Part shown: positions 10,013-23,743 of the stretch, in pieces
How the letters are laid out: every line of letters begins with the position of its first letter
Position numbering within the stretch: position 1 is the stretch's first letter
Assembly: GCA_964057225.1 (NCBI GenBank)
Contig: OZ059896.1
Coordinates: forward strand, 12,772,001 to 12,836,000
Reading direction: 5' to 3'
DNA from: Auanema rhodensis
Lineage: Eukaryota; Animalia; Nematoda
Length of the DNA stretch: 64,000 bases
The notes under the pieces: generated by a model
What the model was told of the DNA's origin: nothing
The model's input: the letters and a program-made list of their open reading frames with translations, nothing else
Databases searched by the model: none
Made by a program: the position numbers and the translations under genes

Positions 10013-12983
10013 GTTTCCGTAACATCATTTAATGAGAGTTGGCCTTTTTGCTTTGCTGAAGCGTTAAACACAACCCTCAGCGGTTTGCTCTTGTTGGGCT
10101 TCCATACCCCTCTATGCGGCATGTAGTAGAGCAAAGAGTTTTCTGAAGTAAGAGGAACTTGTTCCACCACACCTTCCTCTATATATCGCATAATGGTTTG
10201 ATGATAGTGTTGTAGCTGGTTATGTTCCTCTTTGAGAGATTTCTGTAATCTGTTTAGAGTGGCTAATGCCATGCTTCGATTGGATTGAATTTTTGTGGCG
10301 TTTGATTTAAGAGGTAAGGGAGCCATAACAAAACCCTTGTCGAATTTTATTAGAGAAGTATATTCATTGAAGAATAGCTCCGATCGGTTCAAGGCTCCTT
10401 CGTGTGGAGAAATTCCTAAGTTATCTATTTCAAAAAGTTGTTTAATCATAACGTCTTCTGGTATCACAGGGTTAACAATAAGTGTATTTATGGCTGCGAT
10501 ATTATCGTTCGGTATTTGCTTACCGTAAATACAGGGTCCAATCTGGGTATGTTTGACTTTCAATCCCGATGGAAGTATAGTGGGTTTGGTATCATGTATG
10601 ATTGTATCACACCAATCCATACCCAGCAAAATATCGGGAATGAATAATTCACCATCCACCAATTGGTTAGTAATGGTTATATTAGATTGTTCTAGAGCTT
10701 CTTTGTCTTTTAGAGAAAGTTGACAGCTCTTTAGTTTTCCTGTGAGAGGTTTGGGTGAGGTGAGGAGCGTAAGTATGATATTTTTTTCCAAATGGAGTTC
10801 TTAAACTTGCTTCGACCGTTAAAGAACTAAATGCCTCACAGCTTTGCTGTGATTAATTGGGAATTTAAAGTTTTGAGCTGGCATTTTTTGGCTGCCGGCT
10901 CGTAAATGAAGCTTTGAGTTGCTCCAGGGTCGAAAAACAATATTTTGGTGTGGAACTTACCTGTATGGGGGTTAAAAATTGATACTTTAGAAGTCATAAG
11001 ATATGCGGGCGAAGGTGGAGTGTGAAATGATTGCGAAATAGAGCAATTGATACCCATTGTTGCTTTTTTATTAGATGATTTTGATGAAGCAGGAGGGAGA
11101 CAAAGAGATGGGTGATGATCTCTATTACATATTTTACATTTATCAAAGGTACACTTAGTGCTAGTGTGTGTAGGACTGAAACAAATCCAGCACCTGTTTT
11201 TTGTTTTATTATGTCTCTCCTCTGTTGAGGATTATGTATGGTTAAACATTTTGCGAATCGATGTCCGTTTTGGTCACAAAATACGCATGGGCGTTCGGTT
11301 TTCGTAACAGTAGTAATATGTGAGTTATGTTTCAAGGGAGAAATTGAATTAGTTTGAGCATGGTATTGCGGGATAAAAGGAGATTTAGAAGAATAAATTG
11401 AAAAATTTTCAATCGAGTCGGCCGTTTCCTCAATGTTTCTTAGTAGTTGTTTTATAGAGGTTGCCCTAGATGATCTCCAACAGAGCATATTGATGATATC
11501 AATAGGAAATTTAGTTGTGATAAGTTTGACCTAAGCGGGGTCTTCAGAATTATAAAGTGTATCAGTCTCAAGCTGATCAAGAAGTGCTCTGATTTCATTC
11601 ACGCGAGATCTAACTGACATGGGGTCATTTTTTGCAGGAGGTAATTTCACCAGTTCATCATGAATACGGTAATCAACTTTTAGTTTTGGTGCGTAAGTGG
11701 TTTTAAGAGTAGATATAATACGTTCATACGCAGTGCCATCTAATGGTTTATTTTCAAGATGAACTCGTGCTGAACCTTTAAGAGCTTCAGCTAAATAAAT
11801 GCTTTTTTGCCTATTATTGAGGTCAGGGTCTTGGTGAATGAGCGTTTTAAATTGTCTCCAAAATGTCGGAAAGGTTTTGTTATCTCCATTGAATGTGGGT
11901 ATGGAAAGTTGAGGTGGTTTCAAAAGTAATTTGCTAATGTTCGTTTTCGAAATGCGCGGTGATGTAAAAAAGGTTGTATGCGGTGCGGTGAGTGCTAGTT
12001 CGGTCTCATCGTCTGAGTCCGGGATCGAGTGTGCGCCAGCAACTTTAGTTTCGAGCTCAAACAATTTTTTGTTTGCTCTTTCTATAGTTGCGGCATGTTG
12101 GTTTGTTAAATTATTTATACGATTATTAAATTCCGAAAGAAAAGGGTCTATTTGAAGTGAAGCTATGGTAGCTAAATTAGATTCGTGAAAGCGAAGCTGT
12201 TCAAGAGTGTTGTTAATGTCGGAATAAAGAGAGAACTGTTCCTCACTTTGTTTGTTTTCCAAAAGGCTCTCTAGTTTTTCAAAAGTTTGAACGAAATTTT
12301 GGAATTTTGTATTAAAAACCGTTTCGATACGGTCCATTTTTTCTTTTTCGGGTCGAAAGTGGATTATTTTGGAATTTCTTAGTAGAATGATTGCAAAATG
12401 AACAGTTTCAACTGTTTAAAGTATGTTGGTTTATAAAAAAAATTTTTTTTTTTTTGATAAAGAGAACGAGATGGAAAGGAGGAAAATGTGAAGAAGAGTG
12501 AGATGGAAAGTATGAAAAAAAAAGGAAAAAATATGATAAGAAAGTTTCTAACAATTAATACCTGGTTTGGTCGTTGCACCAATTTGGGTTTTTAATGTTC
12601 CCAATGACGAGCGTCTATACTCGGTTGTTCCCCGGTTAATGGGAATAATATGAGTTAGTGGCGAATCCAAACAGTTAGTTAAATGAGAAAGGTTTATTAT
12701 AAGATCGGTATAAGTTCAGTGGTAGAATTAAATTAAGAGTGAGAGTGAAGGTTTCTTGGGCTTTATATATGATTTAGCTTGAAGGTGATATTTGATATTT
12801 GAATACAAAGGTCAGGTCAATGTAAACTATAGAGGTGATAAAAGTTCAATATCCTTTAAGAATGTTGCGCGAGAGGTTAATGATACAATTACAAGGTTAT
12901 TAGACAATGGTTTAGAGTTTCAGAAGAGTTATGTTTCTAGGTTAAATTATTGTATTTCATTTCTAGTCAGGCATTCGCCGACA
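10013..12983 (-). mobile_element. BEL/Pao LTR retrotransposon F1: 5' LTR (12583-12983), PBS, gag, protease, start of RT; 3'-truncated and frameshifted
   Basis: IPTFNGDNKTFPTFW (BEL gag), CVFC..H..C knuckle, FFDPGATQSF protease, YYMPHRGV..LRVVFNAS (Pao RT start). Confidence 0.9.
12569..12581 (-). promoter_or_regulatory. PBS of BEL/Pao F1 (TGGTGCAACGACC, tRNA-Gly-like)
   Basis: Starts with TGG next to the LTR; identical to 42339-42351. Confidence 0.7.
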
Positions 12984-13883
12984 CAGTGGTTCCGTGGTGT
13001 AGTGGTTAGCACTCAGGACTCTGAATCCTGCGACCGAGTTCAAATCTCGGCGGAACCTTCAACTTTTGCATTTTGTTTTGGCCGATATATGTTTCACAGA
13101 TTCTCTTTAGTTTTTGTCTGGAACTTTGAGTATTCGAAAATGAATATTTACTACACTAGCAAGCAGAAGAAAACCTTATATTTGTTCATTGTTTCTTTAA
13201 ATTTTAAATTTAATTATTTTTTCACTGTCAAATCGGCAAGCACCTGCTGCACATGTGCGAGCCATTCGAGTGACCGATGCCCAAACGAGCCATGCTTAAA
13301 AAATGAAGCTGATATAACACGTTTTTTGCTTCTACCCAGATTGATTGCTTTAGAGACATTTCTGTCTTATCTCATTATATTCTCTACTTTGATTTTTCTA
13401 AAATTTCATTAATGTATAATTCAAAATATCATTTCTTGTGATCAGACTGTTAATCGTTATATCTGTAAACGTTTCTCTCGAAATAGCAAGTAGAGTGTTC
13501 AGTTGTACCCACTTAACAAAGAAAGTAGAAGAACATATATATTTAGAGCAAAAAAAGTGCGGAAAAGTCGTTATCTCGTTAACATCAGTTTCACTGCCCA
13601 AAACTCTGTTTCTTAATGTCCGAGGTCATATGATGATATCTAATTTTGCACTTAGTTGATGAAAATCGAACAAGATTCTTCTCAATTGACCACAACTACA
13701 GCACCAAACTTGGATAACTACAATCTGCTGAGTTCAAACTTCGAGAAAGTTAAAATTTCGAATCTTTTCTCAATCATTTTGTTCCTCCTTCTTTCGTTTT
13801 TGCTTTACACAAAAGGGAGGATTGAATCTCATATATGACAATTCTCTTGTGAGAGATTACAGTGGTTCCGTGGTGTAGTGGTT
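12984..13883 (+). repeat. tRNA-Gln tandem repeat, one long (about 876 bp) unit ending in a 20-nt tRNA 5' fragment (13864-13883)
   Basis: tRNA starts at 12988 and 13864. Confidence 0.92.
12988..13058 (+). tRNA. tRNA-Gln(CTG), 1-nt deletion at the variable loop/T-stem junction
   Basis: GGTTCCG/CGGAACC acceptor stem, CAGGA-CTCTGAA-TCCTG anticodon arm, GTTCAAATC T-loop. Confidence 0.85.
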
Positions 13884-13890
13884 TCATCAA

Positions 13891-14291
13891 TTTGGGTTTT
13901 TAATGTTTCCAATGACGAGCGTCTATACTCGGTTGTTCCCCGTTTAATGGGGATAATATGAGTTAGTGGCGAATCCAAACAGTTGGTTAAATGAGAAAGG
14001 TTTTTTATAAGATCGGTATAAGTTCAGTGGTAGAATTAAATTAAGAGTAAGAGTGAAGGTTTCTTGGGCTTTATATATGATTTAGCTTGAAGGTGATATT
14101 TGCTATTTGAATACAAAGGTCAGGTTAATGTAAACTATAGAGGTGATAAAAGTTCAATATCCTTTAAGAATGTTGCGCAAGAGGTTAATGATACAATTAT
14201 AAGGTTATTAGACAATGGTTTAGAGTTTCAGAAGAGTTATGTTTCTAGGTTAAATTATTGTATTTCATTTCTAGTCAGGCATTCGCCGACA
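13891..14291 (-). mobile_element. BEL/Pao F-family LTR (F2, 401 bp) with a degenerate PBS remnant; outer end lies inside a 5S gene
   Basis: Near-identical to 12583-12983 and to the reverse complement of 41937-42337. Confidence 0.92.
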
Positions 14292-14305
14292 GTATGGTCG
14301 TAAGC
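14292..14305 (-). pseudogene. 5' 14 nt of a 5S rRNA gene, interrupted by LTR F2
   Basis: Minus strand GCTTACGACCATAC; overlaps in sequence with the 5S copy at 33144-33257 and is followed by the same spacer. Confidence 0.75.
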
Positions 14306-14517
14306 AAAAATATCTGATATTCAATGATTTACGTACTTATCCTCTTTTTTTTCTTCCAATTTCATGTTAGTTATGTAATTTTTCACGTTCCATCTGGATC
14401 CCTCTATGATATCAAATCTTATGAACTCCAAATACAATGAATTGAAAAATGTTTCACAGTTGTATAGTGTTTAAACAATGTTTGTTTCAATAGAAAATAG
14501 ATAGAAACTGTAAAGTT

Positions 14518-14936
14518 TGTTACATACAAATCTCAAAGGAAAGCAGCTGACCATGGCAGCTGCTATTATAAAACTAATGCAGATAGTTTTTAAGCAATTC
14601 TGAGAATATTCTAGATGCACTTTTTATAAGCTTTGTAATATTTTGTGTAAACTGAGTAGGAGTTGTATGGATATATAAACCTGAGTCCTCAAGACTCAGG
14701 CATCTCATTATCTTATTTTCTCTTTATCTCATCATCATTTCTTTATATTCTTTTTCTTAACTCTAGCTTAAATCTTTGTATAATTATATTATAATGCGAA
14801 CAATAAACCTTTATATATCGCATCTCTTGTTTCTTATTTCACTTTACATTACACACATATATTTAAAATCATACTCATCTTCTCATAGTCTGTTTGGATC
14901 TCTCAACTTGGAACCATTGAAAATCTAAATGGGACG
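14518..14936 (+). repeat. 5' LTR of element B
   Basis: TGTTAC...GGGACG; TATATAAA, AATAAA; direct repeat of 27978-28396. Confidence 0.95.
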
Positions 14937-14954
14937 TGGAGGTTCCACCGAGAT
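14937..14954 (+). promoter_or_regulatory. PBS of element B, 18-nt match to tRNA-Gln
   Basis: TGGAGGTTCCACCGAGAT is the exact reverse complement of ATCTCGGTGGAACCT+CCA, the 3' end of the local tRNA-Gln copies ending at 33698, 38811 and 39688. Confidence 0.95.
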
Positions 14955-16761
14955 CTTCCCTTTTGGGCAGGATCTCGTAAAAGAACTCAAGCGCTACCGT
15001 CTACAACTCTTATTCAATTGAAAATCTTATCTCTCTCTTAAAAGTTAGCTCATAATATTTTCTCTTAAAAAACTCTAAAACTTTTTAAACTCAAAAATTA
15101 TATCCAAAAACTCTTCACAAAACTCAGTTTTCTATTCATTATGACATTTTCATTTATTTATAAGAGTACCTATATCATTTATCATTCTTTCTATCCAAAA
15201 TCCTATATACGAAAATTATTCAAATTCAATAAATAACTTTTCAAAGAATTATAAGTTTATTTTCACATTTTTGAACAAAAATAGTTAATTTCTTTATTTT
15301 AGAAATAAGAAATAAAAAGGAAAATTGCTTCTATACCTCTCAATCTTAATCATCTTATCATATTATCTCAACCTTCATCTTATCATACTATCTTAATCAT
15401 CCTATCATACCATATTTTCATTATTTTCTTTATGTTCGTTTATAAAACTATTATTCTTATACTACTACACTGTATTCTCATAAACCCACCTCTCCCCCCC
15501 CCCCCCGCGTAATTTCATAAGCAAGAAATCCCGTGTTAAACACGACAGTAAAAATATTTATTAGGCGCAGCGTATCCAAATTCCGATTACCTTAGCACCT
15601 GAAAAAAACGAAAAATAATGAAATTAATCAATAAGTTTTAACTCATACGAAAAAAAAACCATCCCCCCTCGTTAAGAATAATGCCAGACACTCAAGAGAC
15701 TCGAGCGGAGGCCGACACTCAGGATAAGACGTACGCCCCATGAAATAATTAGAGAATTTTTGAATTGAAATCTGCCCCACATTGATATAAATAATAAGAG
15801 TGGTCTCGCCATCATAGAGTCAGGGAGCAGGATGCAGAAGGCAGCTGACATACCTGTGACTCAGATAGGTTAATGAGGTCTGGGAAAATGAAATGATTGC
15901 GAAAATTCTATTTTGTATCCTTGTCCCAAAAGACTGGCGAACTATTAACTTTTATTTCATGCCTTTTTCACAATATAGAACTTGTCCTTTCGAAAAGGCA
16001 CACTAGTTTCAAACCTGTGTTAGACCCGGACGAGCTATATTGGTAAAAAGATTACTTGCAAGACTAGCTACCTTCATAAGAATCGCGCACACAAACCCAA
16101 CATTATTCTTTACGTTTTTCTATATATAAAATTATTTTGGCACACGTTGGATATAACAAATTTCCTTACAGGATACCAACGATGCTGCCCAATACTGGTC
16201 CAAAACCTCCGCTGGACCCTGCTGCCACTTCAAATATTATAAGAAGAAAAAGGCAACCGCCCGCAACATATTCTCCCCCTCTGCAAAACAAGCGAAGTTA
16301 AGCATTAAAACAAAGTCAATGGTAATACATACCCCAAGACATCGCGGCATTCAAAAACAATTCACCAATCCCAAATCACATGAAAAAACGAAGAAACAAA
16401 AAACATAGTCGAAAGAAACACCTTAGAAAAGAAAATTATCCCAAGCATTAAACCTATTCCTAAAAACATAGCAAGCAAAGGGAACCCTCAAAATCCCCCA
16501 ACCAACACCATACCAAATACAATCAACCCAATCAATCCTTTAATAGCCACCCCTAGAAGAAGCAATACACCAACCACACAAAAATCACCTACGCCCGCAC
16601 TTTCTTCAACCACACCCGCAGTAAGCTCATCCCCACCTCTACGAAACTCACCTTCATCCATTGATCATTCTACATCTGGGCATTCTGTATCTCCGTCTCT
16701 TCCATCGCAAACTAATCAAGCAAATACTTTTGTTGCAGAAAACAAGAGAATTAACCCAAGA

Positions 16762-17910
16762 ATGGACCCAATGGATGAAGGCGCACCACTTACGCAAACC
16801 TCGGGAAGGGCACCTGTTCCAACACCTACAATCATCCCTCAACCAGCAGCGATTCCGTCCGCCATACGCGATATAAAAGCTCCACGCTACGATGGAAAAA
16901 CACCATTCAACCGCTATCTACTATACCTAGATGAACACTTCAACGCTACAAGAACAACTATGCCCGAACGTCTTCAAAGCATACAATTATTGCTAGAAGA
17001 TGATCGAGCAAGAGAAGCGTACAGAAAACTCACAACCGAAGATAAGCGACTTGGATGGGACCATGTCATGAAGCGACTCTCAGAAATGATCACACCGAAA
17101 AAACAGAGAGAACAAGCAATGCACCGCCTACATGGCTTGAAACAGTTACCAACGGAATCGGTACAAAGCTTTGCAACAAGATGTTCTAACGAAGCCTACT
17201 CGGCTATGGACATGAACAACAAAAGTGAGCTTAACATGCTCCGATCCACTTTCACCTGGGGACTAAGACCCGAAATATGCGAACACGTTAGCCGTCTAGA
17301 CCCACCAAACTTTGAGGAAGCTTACGAAATGGCCTTACGAGAAGAACTCTTTATACAAAATAGACCAACATCATTTGTCAACAATATAGAGAAGTCGTTC
17401 AACAACCTCAACATTCGAGACTCAAAGGACAACAATCAATACCAGAGAAACGAATCTATGGATTTCAAAGGAACCATAGAAGTCGCCCGCGCAGCACCTC
17501 CAATGGACCGGAAGGAAACCGATGTATAATGGCAATGGCAAACCACACAACCGATATCCGGACAGATACAACAACCAATATCGGCCTCATCAACACCAAT
17601 ACAGGAACCATAACTTACGATTCTCTCAAAATAAGGGATCAAGACAAAACTACTTCGACAGATCACGGAACAGAAGCCAGGAAAGACCATACTATCGAAA
17701 CCGCGACCAAAACTATAGCGGACACAACAACCGGCGACAATCGAATAATCACGAACAATACCCCTCTCAATACAATCGAAGCCAATACAACAATTATAGA
17801 AGTCGCCCGCGCAGCACCTCCAATGGACCGGAACGGTATAGAGAACGCACACAGAGCCCAGGAGTACGTTTTCAAGTCAACAACGTCACGGAAAACGAAG
17901 TACCGAACAA
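16762..17910 (+). pseudogene. gag: Gag of element B (frameshifted)
   Basis: APRYDGKTPF..MLRSTFTWGL..ALREE capsid-like motifs, then an R/N/Y-rich tail. Confidence 0.8.
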
Positions 17911-19644
17911 CAAAAGAAAATCAGCACCATTCCTACCCCTCTTTATCACAATTATCGCACTCATTATAAACACATGCAGTGCAGAAACAACGTACAAGTT
18001 ATGTGCAGAAAACAGAGGAGGAATATATGTCGAGCCGCTATCTCCAACAGCTTGCCGATCCATCGCACCAACTAATAACCATATCCAGAAGACTACAGCA
18101 GAATTGTTCATCCAAAACCTACAACCAAAAGAATGGGAAGCATGGAAATGTACAATTGAAACTTACCAACTCTGCATTCACGACGTTTTCTTCATCAGAG
18201 AAACTAATGTCTCACTAGCAAAAGTTTCACCAACAACACTGCAAGAATGTTCGTCAGCTATTAAAGAAAGAATATTCAACGGTACCAACCTTCAAAGAGA
18301 AGCACCAGGACTCTATGGAACTCCATTCCCACATACAACTATTACTAATGGTATATGGAAACAGGAATGCAAACAACGTACCAGATTCATAGCTGAACGA
18401 GGACACATGACCAGCCTACAAGACAATACAGTACTCTCAGATATATTCATGAACGACAACGGATGCACCAGTGACAAAGGACAATGCCTAAACAACAACG
18501 GTCTCATCATATGGACCCCACCATCAGAAAAACATAGTTGCTCGTACAGTTCATTAGGCTCTCACGAAGTTTTTATATCAGAAGACACTATATTGATTCC
18601 CGGATTTCAAAGTGCTTTTATTCTAAACAATAAAACACCGGAAAAAGAAGCCTCCTCATGCTTACAAAAAGAGATATTTACTACAAATAGTGGAACTCTA
18701 ATCTCTTGACAGTTCATCAATACCCCTCGCTAAGATATTCAGCCAGCAAAACCGGAACTATTCTACTATATACAACCTATATTCAACGGAAAAGACTTGA
18801 CATCCATTACAATCTCAATAACATAACAAATATGTTACCTAAGTATATCGCAATCTTCAAATACCTAGGTATAAATTTTGATGATGTCAAAAATCGTCTT
18901 ATATGGCACAAATATGAAGAAGTCAACATAGCCATTCTACACGCCCTAGGAGAAGAAAAAATAAGAGAAGCAACAAAAATCGTATAAGGAACTTACGCAT
19001 AAACTTAGCAAACGGATCACAATTAAGGATTTTAAGAAGATACTACCAACAAAAACAGGATACTACTATGAAATTGCGAGAGAAATTGCTTACTCACTTG
19101 CGGAAATACCTACTACATTAGCTACAGGAGAAACAACACCATCTTTAGAAGAATACTCATGGGAATACCAACTAGCACAAGCAAAAATTATCCTGAACGC
19201 AATAAATAATCCGAAGAAGCTACATTCAAAAGAAGAATACGAAGCAGAAATGAAGAAATGGATCAAATATGAAAAAGAACTAAACTTACCACCATTGCAA
19301 CTGCCAAACTACACAATTATCTTTAATGGCGACGATATATTCTACTCTATTCTACGGCTTCCGGAAAAGAAATCCTACAAATTATAGCATTACACAAGAG
19401 GATAGTGAAAAATTTTATAATCATTATCTACCCCTTATCAGTACTCCCGAAACACGACCTTTTGCAACCACAATTAGAAGCACTTCGACCCCCCTAGAAA
19501 CTACTACTACAACCACTACCACGACCCCTAAGCCTACAACCATAAGGAACGTCATAACTTCGACAATCACACCCAAAACACATATATCCACGACAACTAG
19601 ACCCAAACCAACAATACCCACGTCTTCATCAACTACTACTACTA

Positions 19645-19676
<32 letters not shown>

Positions 19677-20690
19677 GCTAGACCCAGATCAACAACAATC
19701 ACAACACCTACAACAACCACAACTATATTCACCACTCATCGACCAACACAATCATTCTCCACCCCCCACCAATCTACATTCAATATTACTACAAACCCAA
19801 TCACAATCACCTCAAGCCAGGAATACAATAGGAAAGAATCACTCACCAAGTCACCGCCTCCAAGAACTACAAAAAGATCTATCACTACCACTCGCAGCAC
19901 ACCTGAAGAAATATCATCACATATTGGTAAGAAAGCTCACGTAGACTACCTTAAAGCTAAGAACGATATCGTCCAAAAATGGAATGAACATATTCATCAA
20001 CAAGAAACGCGATCTCATCTACAATATGCCACTACCAATCTGGAAGATGATATCATACGTACGTTCACAACAAACAGAAACAACATCTGCCACGTACAAA
20101 ATAAACAACTACTTACCTGGTGGGCTATTCTTCAAATAAATCATATGGATCCAGCCTAGCAACGCTACAGGCTACTTTACCAGGAAGAATAAAACCTGTA
20201 ATCAAACAAAGATTAATTCCTAACATGAACCCTGTTACCCAAACAGCAGGAGCAGCCAGCAGCTTACTACTCAGCTACGAACATGCAAAAGAAGCTATAA
20301 CTTGGAAAATGTTTGACTTTCTGTCACCAATATGGGAAAAGATTCAAACCTGGACACTACGCGTACTTGCTATCATTGGATCAATCATCATAACAATTGG
20401 CATAATCACACTCGCCACCTGGATAATAAAAATATACGCATGTAGTTCAAGGATACCCATCAACAATGTCAAATGGGAAACAGAATACTTACAACCACTA
20501 TCAACTGAGAACACAAGAACAGAAACATCTCATCCTTCTCCGTCCGCTCCATACGTCGACAACCATCACAACAGCTGTCAACTCACATTGTATGATCCTT
20601 CAGCACCAATTCCTGAACACATTTATGAAGCTTATTTCCCTACAAGCATAAAGAAAGAAAACATAAACTACATAGGAGGATCACAATTAC
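17911..20690 (+). pseudogene. env: gB-like env of element B (signal peptide, fusion domain, Thr-rich tract, internal deletion near 20142, TM)
   Basis: FLPLFITIIALIINTCSA, WEAWKC..C..VFFI..EC, HLQYAT..ICHVQNKQLLTW, TM VLAIIGSIIITIGIITLATWII. Confidence 0.82.
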
Positions 20691-21945
20691 CGTTTGTCCC
20701 GATTTCAATCCACAATCACATCTTTAAGGCACTATGGGACACGGGAGCATCAGCATCATACATGCGAGAATCCACCTTCAAATAACTGCGCTGCAACGAT
20801 GGTACTAAAACAAACAACAGCGATAGTCGCGAATAAATCTGAATTCTCATTTATGGGATACACAAGGATCCTCATAACAATAGGAACAACAGAAACAGAA
20901 CACAAATTTTATGTAGCAGAAGATAACTACTGTCCAGCACCAGTGTTACTCGGAATAGACTTCATGGAAGCATTACATCAACAAAAAATTTACACCTCAC
21001 TTCGACCGCTGGATAAAACAATTGTTATCGGCACAACACATGTTCCACTAGCACGAGAAACATCTCCGTGGGAACACCAGACCACGAAAGCATATGTGGT
21101 TAGCTTAGAAAACAAAACGCTGAGACCAGGAGAAACAAGAACGCTCACGCTAGAAGTACACGATCCAGAAAGCTATGAACAGGCGTTTCTAGATTGTAAG
21201 AAACCAGGCAACAAACTCTCTTTCACGTCTACTATATTTACGCCAACTGGATACGGAGTACAAATTTACGCAACGAACATATGCAAACAGCCACTCGAAA
21301 TTCAAATGAATCAAGAAATAGGGATAGCAGAAGCGATACCAAAGGACAACCAAGAAAAATACGAAGGACAATACATACCCCCGGAAGCTCGATGGGAAGA
21401 ACAACTGCCATATTTCCTAGACAATTTCATCAATGAGCTTGACCTTTCAGAAGCCTGCTTCTCACAAATCGAACAACAGCAACTGAAAGAAATAATTTTA
21501 CTACATAAACAAACGTTTCTCAACGAAGATAGAAATATCGGACTCTTCCGAGGACCAATTGAACACTCCATTCCAATCATGCCAGGAAAAACACCATCAT
21601 TCAAAATTACTTATCGTATACCACTCTCCCAACAAGAAGAAGTAGAGAAACAAATAGAAGAAATGCTACAACAAAGAATCATTGAACCATCAAACTCAAT
21701 GACAACTAGTCCAGTAATTTTGGTGAAGAAGAAAGACAAAACTTACAGATTTGTAACGGACTTTCGAGTTCTGAATGCAATCACTCAGAAACAAGTATAT
21801 GTCATATCAAACATACAGGACATCCTAGATTTGGCCGCTGGAGCAAGGATCTTCAGCAACTTTGACTTAGTATCCGGATTTTTCCAAATACCTCTTAAAA
21901 AAGAAGATCGTCATCTTACAGCTTTCACAACAACAAGTGGAACTT
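20691..21945 (+). pseudogene. pol: Protease and RT N-terminus, first copy in element B
   Basis: LWDTGASASY, FVTDFRVLN, FDLVSGFFQI. Confidence 0.85.
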
Positions 21946-23743
21946 GACAGACCTATCACGGATGAAGACAGCAAATTATTTCAACAAGCATATCTTCAGC
22001 TCATTGAGTCACCTGGTGCTAGCCCCACAACCACCACTACTACAACCACCACAACCACTACATCGACTACCACAACAACTGCCCCGACAACTACTACTCA
22101 TCGGACGTCTCCACCTCAACCTACAACTACACCAAGGAGATATTATTATTACCAGAGTACAACAACTCCAGTAACTCCACCACCACGTCCTCTCACCACC
22201 ACATCCCGCAGGGAATCTACTAGGACACTTCCAACAACTCGGACTACTACAAAGCGAGCAACAACGACCCAACCGATTGAGGAAATCAAATCTCACACTG
22301 GATCATCAGATACATCAGATCCCTACAGAGAAAACAATCAATGGATGAAAGATAATTCAACATTGAATGTGACTAAATACTCATTTTCGGATGAACTCAC
22401 ATCTGTAAAAATTGATCACATTAAGTTTAACAATTCCAACATATTTTCAAACCTCACGGAGTCAACATTTCCAATGGCACTGACTATTTCCTACGGCTCT
22501 AGCCTAGCATCTTTACAAACAACTATGCCAGGAAAATTGAAACTAGTCTTCAAACATTCTGGACTATCCAATCTGAATCCAATAGGAATTATAGGAGGAA
22601 CAGTTGGAACGACATTAATGATAGCAGATAACATATCAAACAACGCGGAGAAACAAATCACAAATTTCTTTGGACACATAGGAGAATCAATTACAGCATG
22701 GATACTAAGGACACTAGCTATTATTGGAGCAATCATCGTCACAATAGGACTCATAACTGTTACCATTTGGGCATTAAAAATATATGCATGTACCACAAGG
22801 ATACCAATCAATCAAATTACATTCAACGAACAAGACGAAGAACCAAGAGGAGAGGACAAACAATTCGAATTAAAACCACTAGTCACTTCTCAACAAGAGA
22901 AATTATATACAAGAACCTCTCGATATGATCCCGACGCCCCACTATCAGATAATGACGTTTTCGCCTATCTACCACGGTACGCTATGAAAGAATCAAGGAT
23001 TAACTACATCGGAGGATCACGACTACTTTTCGTACCTCTCTCCATTCACAATCAGATCTTTACTGCTTTATGGGACACAGGAGCTTCTATATCATACATG
23101 AAGGAAAGTACATTTCAACAACTACCGGCAGCAACAATGGTTATGGAAAAGACAACAGCCATTGTAGCAAACAAATCACGATTTTTTTCCTGGGCTACAC
23201 AAGAATCCCAATTATTATCGGGAAGACAGAAATCGAGCACAAAGTACTGATTTCTGCCAACAACCACTGCCCAGCACCAATACTATTAGGAATAGACTTT
23301 ATAGAAGCTCTCAACAAAATAGGAATAAATACTTCTTTACGACCACTACAAAATTCACTTCTAATTGAAGACACAATAGTACCTTTAGCACAAGACTACG
23401 CGCCATGGACTGAGAACCACACGATAGCACACGTCGTAAGCCTGGAAACTAAACAGTTCTACTCAGGAGAAACCAGATCGCTTACATTGGAAGTAGACGA
23501 TCCCGCCTCTTACGAACAAGCTTTCATTAGAAGCTCACAGCGGACAGGAAAAATGAGTTTCGTCCCTACTACTTTCACCCCAACGGGATATGGAGTTCAG
23601 ATATTTGCTACAAATATCTCTCCAGACACAATTGTAGTTCAGACAAATCAAGGCATTGGAACAGCTTACGCTATCCCGAAAAACACGGAGGAGCAAAAAG
23701 GACAATATGTGCCACCAGAAGCAAGATGGGAAGATCAACTACC
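21946..23743 (+). mobile_element. Segment of a related but distinct env-TM-protease element inserted within B
   Basis: Second Thr-rich tract, YGSSLASLQ, TM and LWDTGASISY, diverged from the first copy; flanked by 283-bp direct repeats. Confidence 0.85.

Noticed and set aside
12792-13412. 206-aa ORF
   Set aside because: Chance read-through across an LTR, a tRNA and repeat spacer.
13884-13890. Apparent breakpoint hotspot (ttcatcaa at 13883 and 34294, ttttcatca ending at 34767)
   Set aside because: The 34294 and 34767 junctions are two ends of one inversion. The 13884 case is explained as a degenerate BEL PBS joined to the tRNA D-arm by microhomology.
19424-19735. Val-rich antisense ORF and other short antisense ORFs over gag, env and pol
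   Set aside because: Mirror of ACN Thr codon runs and A-rich coding bias; no independent support.
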